Position numbers and translations under genes: made by a program. From Acidimicrobiia bacterium (GTDB taxonomy: Bacteria > Actinomycetota > Acidimicrobiia > Acidimicrobiales > JACDCH01): a DNA stretch of 64,000 nt. Below are positions 34,068 through 44,552 of this stretch, in pieces. The notes under the pieces were generated by a model. The model did not search any database. It saw only the letters and a program-made list of their open reading frames with translations, and was not told the DNA's origin. The stretch spans positions 6,219 through 70,218 of the forward strand of contig JBQTIQ010000064.1 in assembly GCA_052387955.1 (NCBI GenBank), in the 5' to 3' direction. How positions within the stretch are numbered: the stretch's first letter is position 1; every line of letters starts with the position of its first letter.

Positions 34068-34268
34068 TCAGCCCGTCTTGGCCCGGCGTTCGGCGATCGT
34101 CACGCCGCCCGCGCACCAATTCTCGGGCGGGACCTCACGCAGGACCACGCGGACCGACTCGATCGGCGCGTCGAGCGTCTCGACCACCGTGTTGGTCAGG
34201 TTGCCCATGAGCTTGCGCAGGAGGTCAGGGTCGCGACCCTCGGTGAGCGTTACTTCGAGGAACGGCAT
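34068..34268 (-). CDS. 4-oxalocrotonate tautomerase family enzyme
   Basis: Trimmed to MPFLEVTL (catalytic Pro1 after Met), with GGAGGTG 9 nt upstream. It is 66 aa long. Confidence 0.85.
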   Translation of the reverse strand: MPFLEVTLTEGRDPDLLRKLMGNLTNTVVETLDAPIESVRVVLREVPPENWCAGGVTIAERRAKTG

Positions 34269-34481
34269 TGCGAGGTGCACCTCCGGATCAGCCCGTCGTT
34301 CCCGACGGCGACGTTGCTGTGTCTAGCATGCCGCAGATCTCCGGCCTTGGTGCCCGTGCAGCCCTGAGACGTGCGCCGGCCCGGTCGCGGCTGCGGCCCG
34401 GAGTGCACATCAGCAGTGACCGCTAACGAGGGGGACGACCGTGTCGGCCACACAAGCACACGACGTACCGGCAGGCGTCGG

Positions 34482-34910
34482 ATGAGCCCGGTACGGCAGA
34501 TTCCGGCCCTCACGTTGGAACTGGGCCGAAGCCTGGCCGAGGCGGCCCGGGCCAAGGCCGCTGAGCTCGGCATCAATGTCGCCGCCGCCGTCGTCGATCC
34601 CGGCGGCGCGTTGATCACGGTGGACGTGATGGACGGCACCCCCAAGCTCTGCATCGACATCGCCATCGACAAGGCGTGGTCGACGGCCAGCTTCCCGGTA
34701 CCGACCGACCAGTGGTGGCCCATCCTCAAGGACAACCCGGCGCTGGCGGAGGGCTTCCCCCACCGGCCCCGCCTGGTCGTGTTCGGCGGCGGCGCCCCCG
34801 TCATGGCCGGGGGCCAAGTGGCGGGCGGCATCGGCGTCAGCGGCGGGAGCGCCGAACAGGACGTCGAGTGCGCCAACGCGGCCATCGCCGCCGTCGCCCA
34901 CCTGTTGTGA
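34482..34910 (+). CDS. GlcG/HbpS-like (DUF336) heme-binding protein
   Basis: ORF 34371..34910 trimmed to ATG 34482. It has the C-terminal motif GGIGVSGG. Confidence 0.78.
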   Translation: MSPVRQIPALTLELGRSLAEAARAKAAELGINVAAAVVDPGGALITVDVMDGTPKLCIDIAIDKAWSTASFPVPTDQWWPILKDNPALAEGFPHRPRLVVFGGGAPVMAGGQVAGGIGVSGGSAEQDVECANAAIAAVAHLL

Positions 34911-35740
34911 CGGTCACCGGCGCCGACCGCCCCGAGATCGGTCGACAGGTCGACGCCGGCGGGATCGCCACCAACTACCTCGAGGCCGGCGACGGACCGA
35001 CGGTCGTGCTCGTGCACGGGTCGGGCCCCGGCGTCAGCGCGTACGCCAACTGGCGCCTCACCATCCCGCCCCTGTCGAGCCGGTTCCGTGTCCTGGCGCC
35101 GGACATGGCCGGCTTCGGGTTCACCGAACGCCCGGCCGGCATCACCTACGACATGGCCACCTGGGAGACGCAGCTTCTGGGGTTCTTCGATGCCCTGGGG
35201 ATCGAGCAGGCGTCGCTGGTCGGGAACAGCTTCGGGGGGGCGCTGGCGCTGCGCTTCGCGGTGACCCATCCCGAACGCGTCGACCGGCTGGTGCTGATGG
35301 GGGCGGCCGGTATCTCCTTCCCGCTGACCGAAGGCCTCGACGCGGTCTGGGGCTACGAGCCGTCGGTCGAGCGCATGCGCGAGCTCCTCGACATCTTCGC
35401 CTACGACCACGACCTGGTCAGCGACGAGCTGGCCGAGGTCCGCTACCGGGCCAGCGTGGAGCCGGGCGTGCAGGAGTCGTACTCGCAGATGTTCCCGGTC
35501 CCGCGCCAGCAGGGGATCGACGCCCTGGCCACTCCCGAGGACCAGATCCGGGCCCTGCCCCACGAGACCCTGATCGTGCACGGCCGCGACGATCGGGTCA
35601 TCCCCTACGAGAACGCCTTGCGCCTCAACCACTTGATCGACCGCTCCGAGCTCCACGGCTTCGGGCGCTGTGGCCATTGGACCCAGATCGAGCGTGCCGA
35701 CGACTTCGTCGCCCTCCTCCTCCACTTCCTCGCCCGGTAG
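34907..35740 (+). CDS. meta-cleavage product hydrolase (2-hydroxymuconate semialdehyde hydrolase-like alpha/beta hydrolase)
   Basis: The GTG 34907 start overlaps the upstream stop (GTGA). Motifs are HGSGPG, the nucleophile elbow GNSFGG and the C-terminal GHW. Confidence 0.88.
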   Translation: MTVTGADRPEIGRQVDAGGIATNYLEAGDGPTVVLVHGSGPGVSAYANWRLTIPPLSSRFRVLAPDMAGFGFTERPAGITYDMATWETQLLGFFDALGIEQASLVGNSFGGALALRFAVTHPERVDRLVLMGAAGISFPLTEGLDAVWGYEPSVERMRELLDIFAYDHDLVSDELAEVRYRASVEPGVQESYSQMFPVPRQQGIDALATPEDQIRALPHETLIVHGRDDRVIPYENALRLNHLIDRSELHGFGRCGHWTQIERADDFVALLLHFLAR

Positions 35741-35777
35741 CTGCGAACCTTGACCTCGACCGTCGCCCCTATTTAGG

Positions 35778-35788
35778 ATATTGAATAT
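35778..35788. promoter_or_regulatory. AT-rich palindrome ATATTGAATAT overlapping the GntR start
   Basis: This 11-bp palindrome sits in the only AT-rich patch of the 46-bp gap (cctatttaggatattgaatatgg). It is a candidate autoregulatory operator and/or the -10 of a leaderless transcript. Confidence 0.35.
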
Positions 35789-36536
35789 GGTCTTAGGGGG
35801 GCCCGAGCTCGGCCGACCGGAGTCGCGAGTCGACCAGCTGGTGGTCCGGCTCGAGCGCGAGATCCTCGACCGAGGCCTCCAAGCGGGCGTCCGCATCGGG
35901 ACCAAGGACGAGATCCGCCAGCGGTACCAGGTCGCCGCCGGCACCCTGAACGAGGCCTTGCGGGTCCTTCATGCCCGCGGGCACGCCAGCTTGCGCCGGG
36001 GCCCGAACGGCGGTGTGTTCGTGGCCGAGCCTCCCGGACGGCTGGCGCTGGCCAACCTCGTCCTCGGCTTCGAGGCCGATCCCAACGACGTCCGCGACTG
36101 TCTCGTGGTGCGCGACGCCCTCGAGCCCGTAGTGGCCGCTGACGCCGCCCAGCACCGCCGAGGCGACGACCTGGTCTCGGTGAAGGCAGCCCTCGAAGCC
36201 ATGCGGGGTGCCGCCACCGACCCCACCGCGTACCTCCATCAGAACTGGCAATTGCACCGGGCCATCGCCCGAGCCGGGCACAACGAGGTGGCCCAGCGCT
36301 TCTACCTCGCCTTGCTCGACCTGCTCGAGAGCGAACTCGAGGATGTCAGCGACCAGGACGACTCGTTCGCCCGGGGCATGGCCGACAACCTGGTCCTCCA
36401 CGAAGAGCTGGTGGCCGCCATCGAGGCCCACGATCCCGCGGCCGCGGCCGCCACCGCCCTACGCCATGCGTCATCCCTGCAAGCGGCCTCCGAGGTCCGC
36501 TTGCTCCCCGCCAAGACCCGCAGGAGGCCTGCGTGA
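35787..36536 (+). CDS. GntR-family (FadR/FCD subfamily) transcriptional regulator
   Basis: It has an N-terminal wHTH (IGTKDEIRQRYQVAAGTLNEALRVLHARGHASLRRG) and a helical FCD-like C-terminal domain. TTG 35781 is an alternative start. Confidence 0.85.
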   Translation: MVLGGPELGRPESRVDQLVVRLEREILDRGLQAGVRIGTKDEIRQRYQVAAGTLNEALRVLHARGHASLRRGPNGGVFVAEPPGRLALANLVLGFEADPNDVRDCLVVRDALEPVVAADAAQHRRGDDLVSVKAALEAMRGAATDPTAYLHQNWQLHRAIARAGHNEVAQRFYLALLDLLESELEDVSDQDDSFARGMADNLVLHEELVAAIEAHDPAAAAATALRHASSLQAASEVRLLPAKTRRRPA

Positions 36537-37333
36537 ACGACACCGACCGCAAGCGGTTTGCCGATGCCCTCACCGAGGCCTATCGCACGCGCGAGCCCAT
36601 CGACCCGATCACCGATTCGGTGCCGGAGATGACGGTCGAGGATGCCTACGCCATCCAGCTGCTCCAGATCGAGGACCGGAGGAAGGCCGGCCGCCAGGTG
36701 CGGGGCCACAAGGTCGGCCTCACGGCGGCAGTCATGCAGCGGATGCTCGGTGTCGACCAGCCCGACTTCGGGCACCTTTTCGACGACATGTTCTGGCCCG
36801 AGGACGCCTCGATCCCGGTCGACGCCTTCGTACAGCCCCGGGTCGAGCCCGAGATCGCCATCGTGTTGAAGAAGGAGCTACGGGGCCCCGGCGTCACCGC
36901 CGCCGACGCGCTCGATGCCGTCGATTTCGTGCTGCCCTCGATCGAGATCATCGACAGCCGCATCCGAGACTGGAAGATCAAGTTCTGTGACACGGTCGCC
37001 GACAATGCCTCCTCGGGAGGCCTCGTTCTCGGCAGCGACGCCACCTCCCCCCACGACATCGACGTCCGCCTGGCCGGCTGCAACCTCTACATCAACGGCG
37101 AGGTGGTGGCCACCGGCGCCGGAGGGGCCGCCCTCGGGCACCCGATGCTGGCCCTCGCCTGGTGCGCCAACACCCTCGGCGAGCGAGGTGTCGCCCTCGA
37201 AGCCGGGGAGGTCATCATGCCGGGCTCGTGCACGTCGGCCATCCGGGTCAATCCCGGCGACGTCGTCACCGCCCACTTCGCCGGCGTCGGCAGCGTCACC
37301 GCTGTCTTCGCCAAGGAGGACCAGCCGTCATGA
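36533..37333 (+). CDS. 2-oxopent-4-enoate (2-keto-4-pentenoate) hydratase
   Basis: The GTG start overlaps the GntR stop. Motifs are HKVGLT, EPEIA and EIIDSRI. Confidence 0.9.
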   Translation: MNDTDRKRFADALTEAYRTREPIDPITDSVPEMTVEDAYAIQLLQIEDRRKAGRQVRGHKVGLTAAVMQRMLGVDQPDFGHLFDDMFWPEDASIPVDAFVQPRVEPEIAIVLKKELRGPGVTAADALDAVDFVLPSIEIIDSRIRDWKIKFCDTVADNASSGGLVLGSDATSPHDIDVRLAGCNLYINGEVVATGAGGAALGHPMLALAWCANTLGERGVALEAGEVIMPGSCTSAIRVNPGDVVTAHFAGVGSVTAVFAKEDQPS

Positions 37334-38232
37334 CCAAAGTGACCGCCGCCATCGTCGGCACCGGCAACATCGGGACCGATCTCATGGCAAAGCTGCGGCG
37401 CAGCGAGCGCATCGAGCTGCGCTACATGGTCGGCGTGGAACCCGACTCGAGGGGCCTCGCCCTCGCCCGCGAGGCCGGCATCGAAGCATCCCATGACGGC
37501 GTCGACTGGCTCCTGTCCCGGCCCGAGCTGCCCGACCTCGTGTTCGAGGCGACCTCGGCCCGGGCCCACACCGCCAACGCACCCCGCTACGAGGCGGCCG
37601 GGATCCAGGCCATCGACCTCACGCCGGCCGCCGTCGGGCCCTACGTGGTGCCCGTGGTCAACCTCGACCAGCACCTCGACGCGCCCAACCTCAACATGAT
37701 CACCTGCGGAGGGCAGGCCACGATCCCCATCGTGGCGGCGGTCAGCCAGGTGGCCGAGGTGACCCACGGGGAGATCGTGGCGTCGATCGCCTCCAAGTCG
37801 GCCGGTCCGGGCACCCGGGCCAACATCGACGAGTTCACCCACACCACCTCCAGGGGGATCGAGGTGATCGGTGGTGCCCGCAAGGGCAAGGCCATCATCA
37901 TCCTCAACCCGGCCGAACCGCCGCTCATCATGCGCGACACGGTGTTCTGCGCCGTGCCCGCCGATGCCGACCGTGAGGCCATCAGCGCCTCTGTCGTCGA
38001 CATGGTCAGCCGGGTGCAGAAGTACGTGCCCGGCTTCCGGCTCAAGGTGGAGCCGCAGTTCGACGACCCCCGCGACGGCTGGGACGGGTGCGCCCGAGTG
38101 GCGGTGTTCCTCGAGGTCGAAGGCAACGGCGACTACCTACCGCCCTACGCCGGGAACCTCGACATCATGACCGCAGCCGCAGCCGCCGTCGGTGAAGAAC
38201 TGGCGGCCAACCGTTCCGAGGTCCTCGCGTGA
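37330..38232 (+). CDS. acetaldehyde dehydrogenase (acetylating), DmpF/MhpF type
   Basis: The ATG overlaps the upstream stop (ATGA). Motifs are [11 protein letters not shown] and the catalytic Cys context [10 protein letters not shown]. Confidence 0.95.
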   Translation: MTKVTAAIVGTGNIGTDLMAKLRRSERIELRYMVGVEPDSRGLALAREAGIEASHDGVDWLLSRPELPDLVFEATSARAHTANAPRYEAAGIQAIDLTPAAVGPYVVPVVNLDQHLDAPNLNMITCGGQATIPIVAAVSQVAEVTHGEIVASIASKSAGPGTRANIDEFTHTTSRGIEVIGGARKGKAIIILNPAEPPLIMRDTVFCAVPADADREAISASVVDMVSRVQKYVPGFRLKVEPQFDDPRDGWDGCARVAVFLEVEGNGDYLPPYAGNLDIMTAAAAAVGEELAANRSEVLA

Positions 38233-39284
38233 CCGCGCACACCGCCGAGCAGTTCGACCCGTCGCGTTACGACATCCGGATCACCGACGTCACCCTGCGC
38301 GACGGCAGCCATCCCATGGCCCACAGCTTCACCGTCGACCACGTCCGGGCCACGGTACGGGCGTTGGACGATGCCGGCGTACCGGTGCTCGAGTGCGCCC
38401 ACGGCGACGGCCTCGCCGGCAGCTCGTTCAACTATGGCTTCTCCAAGACCGACGAGCTCGACCTGGTGTCGGTGGCGGTCGAAGAGGCCAAGCAGGCCCG
38501 CATCGCCGTACTGATGCTGCCGGGCGTCGCCACCGTCGAGGACCTCGAACGGGCGCACGACCGGGGCGCATCGATCGTGCGCATCGCCACCCACTGCACC
38601 GAGGCCGACATCTCCATCCAGCACTTCGGCCTGGCCCGGGAACGGGGGATGGAGACAGCCGGCTTCCTGATGCTGGCCCACATGATCAACCCCGACGACT
38701 TGGCCAAGCAGGCCCGCATCATGGCCGACGCCGGCTGCATGTGCGTGTACGTCGTCGACTCCGCCGGTGCCCTCGTCCTCGACGACGTGAAGGACCGGGT
38801 CCAGGCGCTCGTGGCCGAGCTCGGCGATGACGCCATGGTCGGCTTTCATGGCCACAACAACCTCGGGCTCGGCGTGGCCAACTCGGTCGTCGCCGCCCGG
38901 GCCGGCGCCCTCCAGATCGACGGGGCCACCCGCGCCCTCGGGGCCGGGTCGGGCAACTCCAACACCGAGATCCTCACCGCCGTCTTCGACCGGGTCGGTA
39001 TCAAGACCGGCATCGACCTGTCCATGATCACCGCCGCGGCGGAGGAGGTCGTCCGGCCTTACATGCTGCGAGAACCGGTCATCGACCGCAACGCCATCAT
39101 GATGGGCTATGCCGGCGTCTACTCGAGCTTCCTGCTCCACGCCGAGCGCGCCGCAGCCCGCTACGACGTGCCCGCGCACGAGATCCTGCAGGAAGTCGGG
39201 CGCCGCCGCTATGTCGGCGGCCAGGAAGACATGCTCATCGACGTGGCCATCGACCTGGCCAAAGCCCGTAAGGGGGGCCAGTGA
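38229..39284 (+). CDS. 4-hydroxy-2-oxovalerate aldolase, DmpG/MhpE type
   Basis: The DVTLRDGSH motif, the 351-aa length and the 4-nt overlap with the partner dehydrogenase all fit. Confidence 0.95.
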   Translation: MTAHTAEQFDPSRYDIRITDVTLRDGSHPMAHSFTVDHVRATVRALDDAGVPVLECAHGDGLAGSSFNYGFSKTDELDLVSVAVEEAKQARIAVLMLPGVATVEDLERAHDRGASIVRIATHCTEADISIQHFGLARERGMETAGFLMLAHMINPDDLAKQARIMADAGCMCVYVVDSAGALVLDDVKDRVQALVAELGDDAMVGFHGHNNLGLGVANSVVAARAGALQIDGATRALGAGSGNSNTEILTAVFDRVGIKTGIDLSMITAAAEEVVRPYMLREPVIDRNAIMMGYAGVYSSFLLHAERAAARYDVPAHEILQEVGRRRYVGGQEDMLIDVAIDLAKARKGGQ

Positions 39285-40066
39285 ACGCTGACGATGCACT
39301 CAAGATCCTCATCGAGGCCGAGGACCGGCGCGAGGCGATACCCCCCCTCACCGACGAATGGCCCGAGCTCGACCTCCGCACCGCGTACGAGATCCAGGAC
39401 GCCGGCGTCCAGCGCCGGGTGGATGCCGGCGACCCGATCATCGGGATCAAGCTCGGCCTGACGTCGCGGGCGAAGCAGATCCGGATGAACGTGTCCTCAC
39501 CCAGCACCGCCTGGCTCACGGCGTCGATGGTCATGCCCGCCGGCGTCCCCGTTCCCCAGGACGAGCTCATCCATCCCCGGGCCGAGCCCGAGATCGTGTT
39601 CGTGATGGGGGAGCGGCTCCAGGGGCCGGGCGTCACCGCCCTCTCCGCCATGCGGGCGGTGTCCGAGGTCTACTGCGGGGTCGAGATCATCGACAGCCGC
39701 TACGCCGAGTTCCGCTTCACGCTGCCCGACGTGGTCGCCGACAACGCCTCTGCGTCGCGCTTCTACCTCGGCCCGGTCGGCACTCCGCCCGGCGGGCTCG
39801 ACCTCTCCCTCGAGGCATGCCTGCTCGAGGTCGACGGACGGGTGGTGGACTCCGCCACCGGCGCCGCCGTCCAGGGCCACCCCGGTGAAGCCCTCGCCCT
39901 CGCCGCCAACGACCTGGCCCAGCGAGGCCTGGCCATCGAGAAGGGCTGGATCGTCCTCACCGGCGGTATGACCGACGCCCAGCATGTCGGGCCGGGCACC
40001 ACCGTGACCGCTTCGTTCACCCATCTGGGCCGCATAACCGTGGCCGGCGGCGCGGCCGCAAGCTAG
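39281..40066 (+). CDS. 4-oxalocrotonate decarboxylase / hydratase-family paralog
   Basis: This is a second member of the hydratase/decarboxylase family (IKLGLTS, EPEIVF, EIIDSRY), with a 4-nt overlap with the aldolase. Confidence 0.8.
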   Translation: MNADDALKILIEAEDRREAIPPLTDEWPELDLRTAYEIQDAGVQRRVDAGDPIIGIKLGLTSRAKQIRMNVSSPSTAWLTASMVMPAGVPVPQDELIHPRAEPEIVFVMGERLQGPGVTALSAMRAVSEVYCGVEIIDSRYAEFRFTLPDVVADNASASRFYLGPVGTPPGGLDLSLEACLLEVDGRVVDSATGAAVQGHPGEALALAANDLAQRGLAIEKGWIVLTGGMTDAQHVGPGTTVTASFTHLGRITVAGGAAAS

Positions 40067-40207
40067 TGCCCCGTCACGCAACATTGGCTACCTGTCCGGG
40101 CGAGCCGTGACAGGGCAGGCGCCACCTGACGCGGTACGAGAGCAGCAGCCCGCTGGGCGGCGCCGGAGACGGCCTTGCCCGATCATCAAACGCCGAAACG
40201 TGGAGGT

Positions 40208-41653
40208 ATGCAGGTGAAGACCATCACCCATGTGATCGACGGGGAGAAGGTCGAATCGCTCGACGGTGCCCGCTTCGAGACCGTCAACCCCTATACCCGG
40301 GAGCCGTGGGCCGAAGTCGCCCTCGGCTCACCGGCCGATGCCCAGCGCGCCGTCGAATCCGCCCGCAAGGCGTTCGACCATGGGCCATGGCCCACGATGG
40401 GCTTCGCCCAGCGCGGTGCGATCCTCCACAAGCTGGCCGACCTGATCGAGCGTGACGGCGACCAGCTCGGCGCCGCCGACACGGCCGACATGGGTAAGGC
40501 CGTGTCCGAGATCCAACACCGCGACATCCCCCGCTCGGCTGCCAACTTCCGGTTCTTCGCCGACCACGCCCGTCTCTCGGCCGCCGAGGTGCTGCCGATG
40601 GACACCGGCCACCATACGTACTCGCGCTTCGAGGCCGCCGGTGTCGTCGCCGCCATCGCCCCGTGGAACTTCCCGCTCATGCTCGAGACCTGGAAGGTGG
40701 CCCCGGCCCTGGCATGGGGCAACACCGTCGTGCTCAAGCCGGCCGAGAGCACCCCGGCGTCGGCCACGATGTTGGCCGAGCTCGCCCTCGAGGCGGGTAT
40801 GCCTCCCGGTGTCCTCAACGTCGTGCAGGGCTTCGGCCCCGACGCCCCGGGCCAGGCCCTCACCGAGTCGCCCCTCGTCGACCGCATCACCTTCACCGGC
40901 GAATCGACCACCGGGCGCACCATCGCCCGGGCGGCGTCGGCCAACCTGACCCCGGTCAGCCTCGAGCTCGGCGGCAAGGGGGCGAACGTGGTGTTCGCCG
41001 ATGCCGAGATGGACAACGCCATCTCGTGGGCGATCAAGGCCATCTACACCAACTCTGGCCAGGTCTGCCTGGCCGGCAGCCGCCTGTTCGTCCAGCGACC
41101 GGTGTACGACGAGTTCGTCGCCCGGTTCGTTGAGGCGGCCGAGGCCCTGGTGATCGGCGACCCGATGGCCCCCGACACCATGATCGGACCGCTGGCCAAC
41201 CACGAGCACTTCGAAAAGGTGACCCGGTTCCTCGACACCATCCCCGAGGACGGCGGGAAGGTGCTCACCGGGGGCCGCGACGAGGGCTGGTTCGTGCGCC
41301 CGACGGTTGTGGTCGATGCCCCTATGACCGCACGGGTGTACTGCCAGGAGGTGTTCGGGCCGGTGGTGACCATCCACCCCTTCGACACCGAGCAGGAAGC
41401 GGTGGCCATCGCCAACGACACGCCCTACGGGCTCAACGCCATGCTGTTCACCGAGAACTTGAGCCGGGCCCACCGGGTGGCGGCCGCGTTGACAGCGGGG
41501 ACGGTCTGGGTCAACTGCTTCTTCATCCGTGACCTGCGCGCCCCGTTCGGAGGCGTGGGCGACTCGGGTATGGGCCGTGAGGGTGGCTCCTTCAGCCGGG
41601 AGTTCTTCACCGAGCCCAAGGCGGTCGTCATGCAGATCGACAATCTGGCCTAA
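40208..41653 (+). CDS. NAD-dependent aldehyde dehydrogenase (2-hydroxymuconic semialdehyde dehydrogenase-like)
   Basis: It has the ALDH motifs ELGGKG and the catalytic Cys context NSGQVCLAGSR. The start is ATG 40208 or GTG 40214, after GGAGG. Confidence 0.88.
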   Translation: MQVKTITHVIDGEKVESLDGARFETVNPYTREPWAEVALGSPADAQRAVESARKAFDHGPWPTMGFAQRGAILHKLADLIERDGDQLGAADTADMGKAVSEIQHRDIPRSAANFRFFADHARLSAAEVLPMDTGHHTYSRFEAAGVVAAIAPWNFPLMLETWKVAPALAWGNTVVLKPAESTPASATMLAELALEAGMPPGVLNVVQGFGPDAPGQALTESPLVDRITFTGESTTGRTIARAASANLTPVSLELGGKGANVVFADAEMDNAISWAIKAIYTNSGQVCLAGSRLFVQRPVYDEFVARFVEAAEALVIGDPMAPDTMIGPLANHEHFEKVTRFLDTIPEDGGKVLTGGRDEGWFVRPTVVVDAPMTARVYCQEVFGPVVTIHPFDTEQEAVAIANDTPYGLNAMLFTENLSRAHRVAAALTAGTVWVNCFFIRDLRAPFGGVGDSGMGREGGSFSREFFTEPKAVVMQIDNLA

Positions 41654-41927
41654 CCGTTCGGCCGCGGCGGTCGCGGCGCACACGACCAGCGGCTCTGGGC
41701 TGCTACAGCTGCACGTGATCAGCTCGTACCGAGGCGACCAGGGCGGTCGCAACCGGTATCGTTGCTGACGCGAGCGAAGGGCCTTGCTCGCGGGCTGCAG
41801 GTCGGATCGAGCGCGCTGAGTGCCTGCGTCGTGGCCGAGGTGGCCTATCGAGGCAACCGCGGCCCGGCAGGTGGCGACCCGCCACCCTGCCAAGGCAAGC
41901 TCGTAACCTCAGGACCTCGGGGGACGC

Positions 41928-43520
41928 ATGTCAGGATCGGTGCTGCAAGGGGGAGAGTTGTTCCCCGGCTGGCGGCCGCCCGAAGGCGACATTGGCGGCG
42001 CCGGCACCGACGCCCCGGCGCCGTTCGGCGACGAGGACCGCGACCGGCTCTGGGTCCGAGACTTCCATTGGCCCCGGGGTTTCACGCCCTTGGGCATGAC
42101 CACCTTCGCCACGACCTACGCCCGCACCACCCACGAGGCCGCCGTCCGCCAGAAGATCCCCTACACCGACGGGATCGCGGTCCGCTTCCTGGGGCCTTTC
42201 CCCTACATCTCCCCCCGTTCTCCAGAGGCGTCGGCCCGCGAAGCGCGCCAGCCCGGGTTCCGGGCCGCCGGCGAGAAGCGGCTACGGGGGTTCCAACGGC
42301 GCTGGCGGTCGCGGACCCGCCAGCTCGACGCCGAGTTCGCCCGGCTGATGGGCGCGGTGGCGTCGACCCCGACCGAGCTGGCACCACTCCTGCAGGCCGC
42401 CGTCCGCCACGAGCACCACGCCTGGCGCATCCACTTCGAGGAGATGTACGTCCTCCTCGTCGGCCATCTGGACTACCGGGACCAGATGAGCCGGCTCGGC
42501 GTCCCGGCAGAGGTGGCCGACGCCTGCCTGGCCGGCTACCCGACCCGTATGGCGGCCGGCGACCTGGCCGTCTTCGACCTGGCCCGCAGCCGCGCCACCA
42601 TGGCCGCCGCGGGTGACGATCTCGACGCCCGTCTGGCCGAGATCGTCGCCGTGCACGGCGACCGGGCCGAGGGCATCGCCGACGTCGGGTGCCCGTCATG
42701 GCGGGAGCGGTCGCAGATCCTGCTCGAGCGGGTCCGCCTGGTCGGCGCCGGCGGCGTACCGCCCACCACCGAAGTGCTGGCCCAGCGCCGGTGGGCGGCA
42801 CGCGACACCGCCCGGAGCCTGTCGTCGCGACCGGCCGAGATCGAGGCCCTTTTGGCCGAGGCCGAGAAGGCCAACTGGATCTGGTGGAACGAGGAGCACA
42901 ACGCGGTCATCGACCTGCGGGCCACGTTGCCGCTACGCAAACACGCCCTCGAGGCGGGCCGGATGCTCTTCGACGATCCCGGCGATGCCCTGCTGTGCGC
43001 TATCGAGGAGCTGATGGGCGCCCTCGACGGCCAGGGCGCGCCGCCGGCCTGCCTGCGCGACAAGCGCCGCGACTGGCTGGAACTCTGGCGGGGGTGGAGC
43101 ACCGAGTTGCCGGCGACGCTCGGCAACGGCACCCTGCTTCGCTCGGACCCGATCCTGGCCGAGATCTTCGGCCTGCCCCACGGCGCCGGGCCGGTCGACC
43201 ACCAGGTCGTGGTCGGGCTGGCGGCGTCCCCGGGCCGGGTCGAGGGCACGGCCCGAGTTGTGCTGGCGGCCGACGACCTGGTGTCGCTTCGGCCGGGCGA
43301 CGTCCTCGTCTGCCCGGGAACGTCGCCCAACTGGGCCAGCGCCTTCGCGGTGGCGTCGGCGGTGGTGTGCGACGGGGGCGGGCTCACCACCCACGCCGCC
43401 ATCAGCGCCCGCGACTACGGGATCCCGTGCGTGGTGGGTACCCAGTCGGCGACCCGGCGGCTGCGGACCGGAGACCGGGTGACGGTCGACGGCAGCGCCG
43501 GCACCGTCAGCCTGCTCTGA
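41928..43520 (+). CDS. PEP-utilizing-enzyme mobile (phosphohistidine swivel) domain protein lacking an ATP-grasp domain
   Basis: The C-terminal ~100 aa match the swivel domain (SPGRVEGTARVV.., PGDVLVCPGTSPNW, GGLTTHAAISARDYGIPCVVG). I did not recognise the ~420-aa N-terminal region, and no nucleotide-binding module is present. Confidence 0.7.
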   Translation: MSGSVLQGGELFPGWRPPEGDIGGAGTDAPAPFGDEDRDRLWVRDFHWPRGFTPLGMTTFATTYARTTHEAAVRQKIPYTDGIAVRFLGPFPYISPRSPEASAREARQPGFRAAGEKRLRGFQRRWRSRTRQLDAEFARLMGAVASTPTELAPLLQAAVRHEHHAWRIHFEEMYVLLVGHLDYRDQMSRLGVPAEVADACLAGYPTRMAAGDLAVFDLARSRATMAAAGDDLDARLAEIVAVHGDRAEGIADVGCPSWRERSQILLERVRLVGAGGVPPTTEVLAQRRWAARDTARSLSSRPAEIEALLAEAEKANWIWWNEEHNAVIDLRATLPLRKHALEAGRMLFDDPGDALLCAIEELMGALDGQGAPPACLRDKRRDWLELWRGWSTELPATLGNGTLLRSDPILAEIFGLPHGAGPVDHQVVVGLAASPGRVEGTARVVLAADDLVSLRPGDVLVCPGTSPNWASAFAVASAVVCDGGGLTTHAAISARDYGIPCVVGTQSATRRLRTGDRVTVDGSAGTVSLL

Positions 43521-43681
43521 TCTGAGCGGACCGGACATGGGGCGGGCCAAACATCGGCGTTCCCGAGCCCGGAACGTTGTCGATCCGTACCCGTCGGGCT
43601 GACCATAAGCTTCCCGCTGGGGCCAGGAAGCCGTAGCCCCTCTCGTGTCAGGCAGTAACCGCCAACAGAGGAGACTCCAAC

Positions 43682-44398
43682 GTGCCTTCAGTACTGATCG
43701 TCCTGTCCGGTGTCGACTTCTGGATGCTGAAGAACGAAGAGAAGTCCCAGGCCGGGTACTGGTCCGAAGAGTTCGTCGCTCCCCATCGCATTTTCAAGGA
43801 AGCCGGCTTCGACATCACGATCGCCACCCCTGGCGGGGTGTCCCCGACCGCCGACGTCAAGAGCTTCATGCCGGAGTACACCGGCTACACCCCCGAGCAG
43901 GGCCAGGAGCTACGCAACTACGTCGAGTCGTTGGCCGACCTGCTCCGGTCGCCGGCCAAGCTCGAAGACGTCGACGCCGCCGACTACGACGCCGTCTTCA
44001 TCCCCGGTGGCCACAGCCCCATGGAGGACCTGCACCAGTCCGAGACCCTCGGCAAGCTCCTGGTCGGCTTCGACAGCCAGGACAAGGTCGTCTCGGCGGT
44101 CTGTCACGGGCCGGCCGGGCTCGTGTCCGCCGTGCGCGACGATGGCACGTGGGCCTTCGAAGGCCGCAAGCTCACCGGTTTCAGCAACGAGGAAGAGGCG
44201 TACATCGGCTTCGCCGACCGGGCGCCGTGGCTGCTCGAGTCGCGCTTGCGTGAGCTCGGCGGCGACTTCGAAGCAACCTCCGACGCGTGGGTCGGCGCCA
44301 AGGTCGTCATCGACGGCAACCTCATTACCGGCTCCAATCCCCCCTCGAGCGAGGGTGTCGCCAAGGCCGTGGTCGACGCCGTGGGCGCCAAGAGCTGA
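43682..44398 (+). CDS. DJ-1/PfpI (class I glutamine amidotransferase-like) family protein
   Basis: It has the nucleophile elbow AVCHGPAG. The GTG start has GAGGAG 8 nt upstream. Confidence 0.82.
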   Translation: MPSVLIVLSGVDFWMLKNEEKSQAGYWSEEFVAPHRIFKEAGFDITIATPGGVSPTADVKSFMPEYTGYTPEQGQELRNYVESLADLLRSPAKLEDVDAADYDAVFIPGGHSPMEDLHQSETLGKLLVGFDSQDKVVSAVCHGPAGLVSAVRDDGTWAFEGRKLTGFSNEEEAYIGFADRAPWLLESRLRELGGDFEATSDAWVGAKVVIDGNLITGSNPPSSEGVAKAVVDAVGAKS

Positions 44399-44552
44399 CC
44401 ATCCGACCGGCCGTGCCCGGTCCCGTTCGGGGCTGGGCCCGCCGCCGTCGAGCCAGTGCCCGGGTGCCACCGCCCGGGCACTGGCGCGTCCGGCTACAGG
44501 CGACGCCCGCGACCCAGAGGGAGCCCGACAGTATGGGGGAGGTGACGACCCG

